Virus record (IMG/VR): IMGVR_UViG_3300021255_001866
Coordinates: 1-64,000 of that record
DNA length: 64,000 nucleotides
Source: a virus
Lineage: Duplodnaviria > Caudoviricetes
Direction: 5' to 3' (one strand)
Both the position numbers and the translations under genes were made by a program. Positions 54,570-60,934 of this stretch are shown in pieces. Under the pieces are notes generated by a model. That model saw only the letters and a list, made by a program, of their open reading frames with translations, searched no databases and was not told the DNA's origin. Every line of letters begins with the position of its first letter. The stretch's first letter is position 1.

Positions 54570-55996
54570 AATACCGATGCTGTTTAAGTATACAGTGGAT
54601 TATTTTGATAATGATTTAGACGAACCAGCAACCGAATCTGGTATAGTTGCGGCGCTTTCTTATGGCTCGGCCGCTGATTATGTAGTACATCTATATGGTT
54701 CTGATAATGTTGTTGGAATTGAACTCTATGAAACTATAATCTGTTTGAGTAAAGATGACTTAAAAGAGATATTCAAATAAAAATTTGATTTTCTTTTAAT
54801 TTTATATTATAATATATATAGAAAGTGAGAGAGAAAAGATGCATTAAATGTCTCTTTTTTCTCCGAGTCGAGACACCCAATGGCCCTCGGTATTAAAACA
54901 GGGAGTTGACTTTTCAGATGGTCTGATATACACTTGAGTGGTTTCAACAAGGTAAACCAAATAGATCGTATATCCGCATCGTTTAAGGTAGGTTTAATCT
55001 GCGATAGTGATGGTAAAACCTCCAACTTTGCAAAGCGGTTTCGCTTGACCGCCCTGCGGGGAAATAAGATACAAATTTATAAAAGGCTTGAAAACCTGGC
55101 GGGACACCGCGAAGAGTTCCGTTCTTGTTGTCCGATGACAGACACTTGTCGAATAATAAAAAAAATTTAGAGTCATACAAAGAGGAATGCTGTGAGACGT
55201 GAGGGGATGCCTGAAGTAGACGAAACAGTATGTGTACAGCCTCCGAGAAGTTGGGCACGAGACTTCTAATATGTACAGTATAAACAAGTGAAAGCGACTT
55301 AATAGAAGCAACAACACTCTATTAAGTGTCCACAAAGGAAGGTGGTTTGTTTAACAGTAGGGGAGTTGTCCCTGGCCGATCTCTAAAAGTTCTCACAGGT
55401 CCAAGTTGAAATGAGAAGAGTTTTGATATAGGACATATGGACCTACGGTCGGTATGGAGACGACAAACCCATGCGAATCCGCACAAAACAAAACTTGCGG
55501 GAGGCGAGAGTAGGTTAAGTTGGCGGTTATACACCTACTATTTTTTAATTACGCTATAAAGAAACGCCCCGAGGCCAGAGGAAGTAGCGCCCCTTAGTCG
55601 ATTATAGAAACGGGTGAGGTATCCTGACACGACCAGGCTCTGCATTGTCTTTATAGTCTAATTAATTAAGAAGAATATAAAGATTTAGGTGCTCAAATGC
55701 TGTAATTAGTAGGTAGTTTTGAAATACACGGTTTGGTAGCTACAAGCCTCCTATTAAGAAGAATGAGTTAAATGGAGTTTGAAGAACAGCCTTATAAAAT
55801 GGCGGTAGGCAAGCACAAAAAGCCGTGAAGAAAATAATGCTCAGGAAAAGGACACGAGGAGAGAGAACTCCCGAATGTCTACGATATGAAGCGCGAGTAG
55901 ATGTACAATAACATCTGTGCAACCTTGATGAGATGCGTGTGATTGAGTTGGTGCTGGGTTGAGACCGACTGACGACTGCACACCCGCCATTTATAT

Positions 55997-56073
55997 ACCC
56001 CAGCAGCTCAGTTGGTTTGAGCGTCCGACTTATAATCGGGTGATCGTTGGTTCGAATCCAACTTGGGGTACCA
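55997..56073 (+). tRNA. tRNA-Ile(TAT)
   Basis: ACCCCAG/TTGGGGT-A-CCA; TCCGA-CTTATAA-TCGGG. Confidence 0.9.
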
Positions 56074-56075
56074 TA

Positions 56076-56223
56076 AAGACAGTATTACAGCAAATTTGTT
56101 TTCTGAACAAGTTATTAGAATTGATCTTGTTTTGCTTGAGATCTTTTAAGTGGCTGAGTTTATAGTGGTTCTAATTTTCAAAGCCTACCGGTTCAACGGT
56201 GTTAAAAAGGAACTTACTGTCTT
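56076..56223 (+). ncRNA. stem+ACAGCAA RNA with a multi-hairpin interior
   Basis: AAGACAGTA-TTACAGCAA ... TACTGTCTT. Confidence 0.6.
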
Positions 56224-56229
56224 GTATAT

Positions 56230-56782
56230 GGCTCCGTAGTTCAGCAACGAAGAATACCTGACTGTGTAAGAATATTTTTGAATAGGTTGATAAAATGAAC
56301 ACCTCTCAACTAGGAAACATTGGAGAAGTACGTGTTTTAAGTGAATTTGTAAAATTAGGAATACCTTGTTATTTACCTTATGGTGATGGTAATAAATGCG
56401 ATTTAATTGCAGATTTTAATGGAAAACTTAATAAAATTCAAATTAAAACTACAGAAAAATTAAATATTAATGGAGCGATGGAGTGGAAAGTTACCAGACA
56501 AGAAGGATTTCATGGAAATCGTGTCCAATATAATAAAGAAGATATAGACTATTTCGCTTTTTATTGTATAGAAACTGATATAGTTTGTTTAGTTCCATTT
56601 GATGAAAATTTTCCTAGTACAACTTTATCAATTCGTATGGATAATTATGTTGGTAATAGATTAAAAACCATGCGATTTGTAAAAGATTATCAAATTAGTA
56701 ATTTTATTAATTCATAAGGTCATACCTTATTTCTTACACCACACTCAGGAGGTCGTGGGAGCAAAGCCCACCGGAGTCGCCA
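56230..56782 (+). tRNA. tRNA-Asp(GTC) split by a 476-nt insert (56266-56741)
   Basis: Exon 1 GGCTCCG..CCTGACTGT plus exon 2 CACTCAGG..CGGAGTC-G-CCA gives a 77-nt cloverleaf with G73. Confidence 0.85.
56295..56717 (+). CDS. PD-(D/E)XK endonuclease encoded inside the tRNA-Asp insert
   Basis: GNIGE..PYGD..DLIAD..KIQIK..Y....IDYF. Confidence 0.85.
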   Translation: MNTSQLGNIGEVRVLSEFVKLGIPCYLPYGDGNKCDLIADFNGKLNKIQIKTTEKLNINGAMEWKVTRQEGFHGNRVQYNKEDIDYFAFYCIETDIVCLVPFDENFPSTTLSIRMDNYVGNRLKTMRFVKDYQISNFINS

Positions 56783-56897
56783 ACTGAGGAGAGTAAGCGC
56801 TCGAATTGACGAGCTACTACACACGACAGGGTCAGTTGTGATTCTCCGCATAGGAGTAGTTGCCCTATGTACCTATATAAATAGCAACTGATTTTTT

Positions 56898-56976
56898 GGG
56901 GAATGGGACTGCTTGGAGTGGTCATCCGCCTTGCACGCGGAAAAACAGATGGGGTCGGTGCCCATATTCTCCACCA
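56898..56976 (+). tRNA. tRNA-Ala(TGC)
   Basis: G3:U70 pair; TCCGC-CTTGCAC-GCGGA; ends ACCA. Confidence 0.85.
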
Positions 56977-56978
56977 TA

Positions 56979-57068
56979 GAGATACATACAGCAATTATAA
57001 AATGGTTAAAGAAATGTTCTGCTAAAACGTTATCGAAAAGGTTCAAATCCTTTAAATTTCTGTATCTC
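56979..57068 (+). ncRNA. stem+ACAGCAA RNA enclosing an acceptor-less tRNA body with a GCT anticodon loop
   Basis: GAGATACA..TGTATCTC; inside are ATGTT-CTGCTAA-AACGT and AAAGG-TTCAAAT-CCTTT. Confidence 0.65.
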
Positions 57069-57083
57069 GTATTAAAAATATAT

Positions 57084-57158
57084 TGCTCAGTAGCTCAGAG
57101 GCAGAGCGCACGCCTGTTAAGCGTGATGTCGAGATATCGTAATTCTCCTGGGCAGCCA
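57084..57158 (+). tRNA. tRNA-Asn(GTT)
   Basis: CACGC-CTGTTAA-GCGTG; ends GCCA. Confidence 0.88.
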
Positions 57159-57160
57159 TA

Positions 57161-57287
57161 AAGACGTATACAGCAAAATCTTCTTTAAGAAGGATATGGG
57201 TTCGATTCCCATAATTGGAGTGCTCCAATTTAGCCAAACGGTAAGGCAACAGTCTGATAACTGTGAATAAAATCTTATATACGTCTT
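57161..57287 (+). ncRNA. stem+ACAGCAA RNA enclosing a permuted tRNA mimic
   Basis: AAGACGTA..TACGTCTT; T arm TATGGG-TTCGATT-CCCATA, closed acceptor ATTGGAG-TG-CTCCAAT, D arm GCC-AAACGGTAA-GGC, anticodon-like ACAGT-CTGATA-ACTGT. Confidence 0.75.
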
Positions 57288-57295
57288 GTTAATAT

Positions 57296-57431
57296 GCGGG
57301 CGTGGTGGAATAGGTAGACACCACAGACGCTAGTGTCCAGTGACAATTAGCTGGGGCAGCACCAGTGTCTAGCACCATTAAAATCTGTTGGGTTTTAGCC
57401 CGTGCCGGTTCAAGTCCGGCCGCCCGCACCA
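57296..57431 (+). tRNA. tRNA-Leu(TAA) with a 49-nt insert (57329-57377)
   Basis: GCGGGCG..ACAGAC | TTAAAA TCTGT..CGCCCGC-A-CCA gives an 87-nt class II tRNA after removal. Confidence 0.88.
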
Positions 57432-57626
57432 AAATAAAAGGAGAATAAAATGACAATTCATAGATGCGATTTGTGTGGAAAAGAAGTTGGCGTATGGTTT
57501 AGTATCACTGCTAAAATAGATTCTACTTATCAAGCGACAAATGTTTATGATTTACTAAAATATCAAGGTAATTATGATATTTGTAGTAAATGTTTTAAGA
57601 GTTTGATTGATGAAAGAGTTAAATAA

Positions 57627-57701
57627 GCGCCACTAGTTCAGAAGTAGAACACTTGCCTTTTAAGCAAGGAGTGCGGGGAGCATTACCCCGGTGGCGCACC
57701 A
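57627..57701 (+). tRNA. tRNA-Lys(TTT)
   Basis: CTTGC-CTTTTAA-GCAAG; ends ACCA. Confidence 0.9.
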
Positions 57702-57795
57702 GGTAGGTCGTGCAACTATTGTGTACGTAGGCGAACGATACGGCATAAATGGTAAAATGGAGTTCGAATGACGCACGATAAATCCCCTACCACCA
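57702..57795 (+). ncRNA. non-cloverleaf tRNA-like RNA ending in helix+ACCA
   Basis: GGTAGG/CCTACC-A-CCA; TCGTGC/GCACGA helix; D-loop-like and GTTCGAAT motifs. Confidence 0.55.
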
Positions 57796-57798
57796 TTT

Positions 57799-57886
57799 GC
57801 CGTCGTACCCTAATGGTAAGGGCCTGGCCTTGAAAGCCATGAGTAGGTGAAAGTCTATCGGGGTTCGAATCCTCGCGGCGGCGCCA
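57799..57886 (+). tRNA. tRNA-Ser(TGA)
   Basis: TGGC-CTTGAAA-GCCA; long variable arm; G73. Confidence 0.85.
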
Positions 57887-57895
57887 TTTAAATAA

Positions 57896-58445
57896 GCCGG
57901 AGTCCCATAGTGGTCAATTGGAACGGTTTTGTTTACTGAATTTATTTATTATGGATTTATTAAGTTCTAAGCAAAAAGGGAATTTAACTGAGCTACAATG
58001 TATTACTAGCTTTTATGAATTAGGGTATACTGTGTCAATTCCTTATGGAGAAAATTCCCGTTATGATTTTATTGCGGATATTCATGGAAAATTAATTAAA
58101 GTTCAAGTTAAAACTTCTTCTGAGAAAGATGAAGGAAAAACTTTTGAATTTTCTTGTCGAAGCACTAGAGTAAACGCTCAAGGCAATATTTCTAGGCAAT
58201 ATACAGCAGATGAAATTGATTATTTCTGTACTTATTTTAAAAATTAGTGCTATTTAATACCTATTTCGGAATGTTCTAGATCTAAAAAACTTAGATTAGA
58301 AGCTCCTATTAATAATCAAAAGGTGGGGATTAATATGGCAAAAGATTATGAATTAATAACCCAACTTAATAAATTAAAAGGATAAACATTGGTAAACAAA
58401 GCCGTCGCGCAAGCTTCGTGAGTTCGAATCTCACTTCCGGCTCCA
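57896..58445 (+). tRNA. tRNA split by a 466-nt insert; Ser(TGA) or Thr(TGT) depending on the junction
   Basis: GCCGGAG/TTCCGGC-T-CCA; anticodon stem ACGGT/GCCGT; T arm GTGAG-TTCGAAT-CTCAC. Confidence 0.75.
57951..58385 (+). CDS. PD-(D/E)XK endonuclease inside the tRNA insert (one TAG=Gln)
   Basis: KGNLTE..PYGE..YDFIAD..KVQVK..IDYF; paralogous to 56295-56717; exact 145-codon frame. Confidence 0.85.
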
Positions 58446-58448
58446 TAT

Positions 58449-58524
58449 GCGGACGTGGTGTAATTGGTAACACAACAATCTCCAAAATTGTTAGATTTAG
58501 GTTCGAGTCCTAACGGTCGTGCCA
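58449..58524 (+). tRNA. tRNA-Trp(CCA)
   Basis: ACAAT-CTCCAAA-ATTGT; G73. Confidence 0.85.
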
Positions 58525-58675
58525 TAAGAGTTAGTGTAAATGATATACGAAAAAAGAAGTCGCGAATCTTTACCAGTATATCAGTATTGAGGACTATCGC
58601 GCGAAAGTCTGACTATATGTAAGCACGCCCCATGTGGATTGGGGTAGAGCAGTAGAAATCTGGCACTCTTAACCA
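58525..58675 (+). ncRNA. 151-nt RNA with a 7-bp acceptor-like stem + ACCA and an enlarged interior
   Basis: TAAGAGT/ACTCTTA-A-CCA; internal GATATAC/GTATATC and CCCCA/TGGGG helices. Confidence 0.55.
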
Positions 58676-59137
58676 AGTAAGTGAGGAATAAGTAATTAGC
58701 TATAATTACTACTAGTTAAATTATGCGTAAAAGGATTAGCCTTTCCAGAAAAGTTTGTGCCTGCGCAAATGTAATGGTACTGGTTCCGATGCCACAGATC
58801 ATGGTGCATAAGCCAGCTTTAATATTAGGAGTTATTATGGATAATCAGATTTATTGGTTTATTACTGTATTTAAAGAGTTTGATAAAAATTATGGTATTA
58901 AAGGTGCACGGACTTGGGGCTTTTATTCTAACAAAGAAGATGCTCTTGATACATTAACTAATAATCGTACAGATCTTTGGGAACGTTGTTATGATTATGC
59001 AGTTCTTGAAGCATATTATGAAGGTATTAGTGGTTATGATTTTGAAGAAGAGCATATTTTCTTTCAATATGATTATGTAGAAAATAAATATTATCCAATA
59101 GGATATGAGCCAGAAGAAGTAAAGCATTATGTAGGAT

Positions 59138-59488
59138 TTGCAATTGGATAAAATGAAAAGTCGTAATTGTCCAAACTGCGGCGCGCCGTATGATATAAAT
59201 GAATATAAATGTCCTTATTGCGGTACTTTATATCTTGATCTTTCAATGATTGATTTCGATAATCAAACTCCATTATTTCTTTCAATTAAACAACATGGAG
59301 TAATAATTACTCAAAAGGTTTTACCACAAACCGCAGCGTTTGAAATGAATGAAGATGTGGTTTATGCGACATCTGTTCGTGATGATAAGCTAATGAGTTT
59401 TCCTATTAGTAGAAATTTAGAAACAAATATTCAATTTATTGCCATTCCGATGAAGGATAATAATTTAGCATATATAAAAGGAACTTGA
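59138..59488 (+). CDS. zinc-ribbon protein
   Basis: CPNCGAP..CPYCG. Confidence 0.65.
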   Translation: MQLDKMKSRNCPNCGAPYDINEYKCPYCGTLYLDLSMIDFDNQTPLFLSIKQHGVIITQKVLPQTAAFEMNEDVVYATSVRDDKLMSFPISRNLETNIQFIAIPMKDNNLAYIKGT

Positions 59489-59552
59489 ATTGCTCACCAA
59501 AGAAAATTTGATTTTTCTTTAAATTTATAATATAATATATACAGAAAGTTGA

Positions 59553-59622
59553 GAGACACAAACAGCAAATTATTTAACATCATTCTGAACTTTTAATTCT
59601 GAAAACTATGTTAACGTGTCTC
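59553..59622 (+). ncRNA. stem+ACAGCAA RNA
   Basis: GAGACAC-AAACAGCAA ... GTGTCTC at a promoter start. Confidence 0.6.
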
Positions 59623-59630
59623 GTTTTTAT

Positions 59631-59706
59631 CTGGGTGTACGCCAACTGGTAGACGGCCGCATTTGGGATGCGGAGGATGGGTGTTCAAACCACCCCACTC
59701 AGGCCA
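59631..59706 (+). tRNA. tRNA-Pro(TGG)
   Basis: CCGCA-TTTGGGA-TGCGG; ends GCCA. Confidence 0.85.
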
Positions 59707-59825
59707 TAGGCACAAACAGCAAATTAAAGATTAAATCTTTATGTTACTGGTTCGAGTCCAGTTTTGCAAGCCATTAATTTTGCATATTGATCAAATGGTA
59801 GATCGGAAGAATTATTATGTGCCTA
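59707..59825 (+). ncRNA. stem+ACAGCAA RNA enclosing a permuted T-acceptor-D module
   Basis: TAGGCACA..TGTGCCTA; ACTGG-TTCGAGT-CCAGT, TTTGCAA..TTGCATA, GATC-AAATGGTA-GATC. Confidence 0.72.
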
Positions 59826-59831
59826 GTATAT

Positions 59832-59906
59832 AGCCGAGTCGTATAGCGGCCTGTACGTGCGGCTTTGACCCGCAAAGTGAAGGATCGACACCTTCCTCGG
59901 CTGCCA
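59832..59906 (+). tRNA. tRNA-Gln(TTG)
   Basis: TGCGG-CTTTGAC-CCGCA; ends GCCA. Confidence 0.88.
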
Positions 59907-60471
59907 AAAGGAGAGTAATGATGAAAGATACACATTGTATAGCTGGATGTACTTATCGCATCAACACAAAAGAAGATCTTGATAGAGTTCTTCAAACAGA
60001 TTGTTTCCTCTTGATAAAAACGTATTATGAAATAAAACCTTGGTGGAAGATTGTATTTAAGCACAAAATTCTGTATTATGAAGTAATGTGTATCAATTCA
60101 GTTACTATTTCTCTTGGAAATGGCCGGTGATATTACGAGTTAAGTCTCGGTCTTTCGTGGACAAAGTTAACAAAACCACGACGAAGATTCTCAAAATGCT
60201 AGGATAATGAGAATTGGTTTATTAATTATTAATAACGGTATAATGAAGATAAAATGGTAAGTAGTTATGCCAAAAGAGATTGTTCCACCCAGATGATTGT
60301 GACAGGGGTGTGATTACAGCAGAACTAGAGCTGGAGAATGATAAAAACTATATCAATCTTACTAATGAGTTCTGAGGGTTGGATATAAATCGAGGGAAAT
60401 AGGTCTAAGTAGTGCAAGCGGAGCTTAGAAAGTAAGAACTTGTTAGGACATTTTTTAATAGGAGAGATAAT

Positions 60472-60816
60472 ATGGATAATTATTTAGCTAGTAAGTCTTA
60501 GCTTACAAATAAAATATTAGATTGGGTTAAAGATATATAGAATATCGAATGGCAAATGGATCGTCTTTATAAGATTAATCTCTACTTACTGAGACGATAT
60601 AAAGATGATTTAATAAAAGAATTTAATATTGAAATTCCAGAAGGAGTTTTTAATGATCCGTGGTTTAAATTATTAGAAACCACTTTTAATCAAAAGATAG
60701 ATAAAGAAGATGAAACACTAATTATATCTTTAATAACCTCAAAAATTGAGGAAGAAATGAAAAAGGAAATGCCAGATCCTTGGTATTGCTATGGATTTGG
60801 TGGAAAAGAAAATTAA
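60472..60816 (+). CDS. hypothetical protein (2 TAG=Gln)
   Basis: AGGAG RBS with ATG at 60472, in frame with the 60556 ORF. Confidence 0.65.
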
Positions 60817-60934
60817 CTACAGCTTTACTGAGAATTCCTTATTGGGAACGTGATAATTTAAGTTTAGAATTATTATTTAATAATAAGTATATTATATAAC
60901 TACGGTCTTGACTAAGACTAAGAAGGAGAGTTTT

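Noticed and set aside
54934-55922. Short track ORFs in the 54.8-56 kb block as real genes
   Set aside because: No RBS, atypical codon usage, and mutually overlapping on both strands; treated as non-coding.
56266-56741. Group I intron interpretation of the tRNA inserts
   Set aside because: Only about 16-30 nt flank the ORFs, the Leu insert is 49 nt, and none ends in the terminal G expected of group I introns.
56230-56782. tRNA-His(GTG) or tRNA-Val readings of the split tRNA
   Set aside because: Possible by shifting the junction, but G73 and the body match tRNA-Asp, and only the GT|C junction leaves the helix+ACCA intron.
57702-57795. HDV-like (theta) ribozyme after tRNA-Lys
   Set aside because: The position fits, but I could not find the P3/L3 TCCTCG-type core or the nested pseudoknot.
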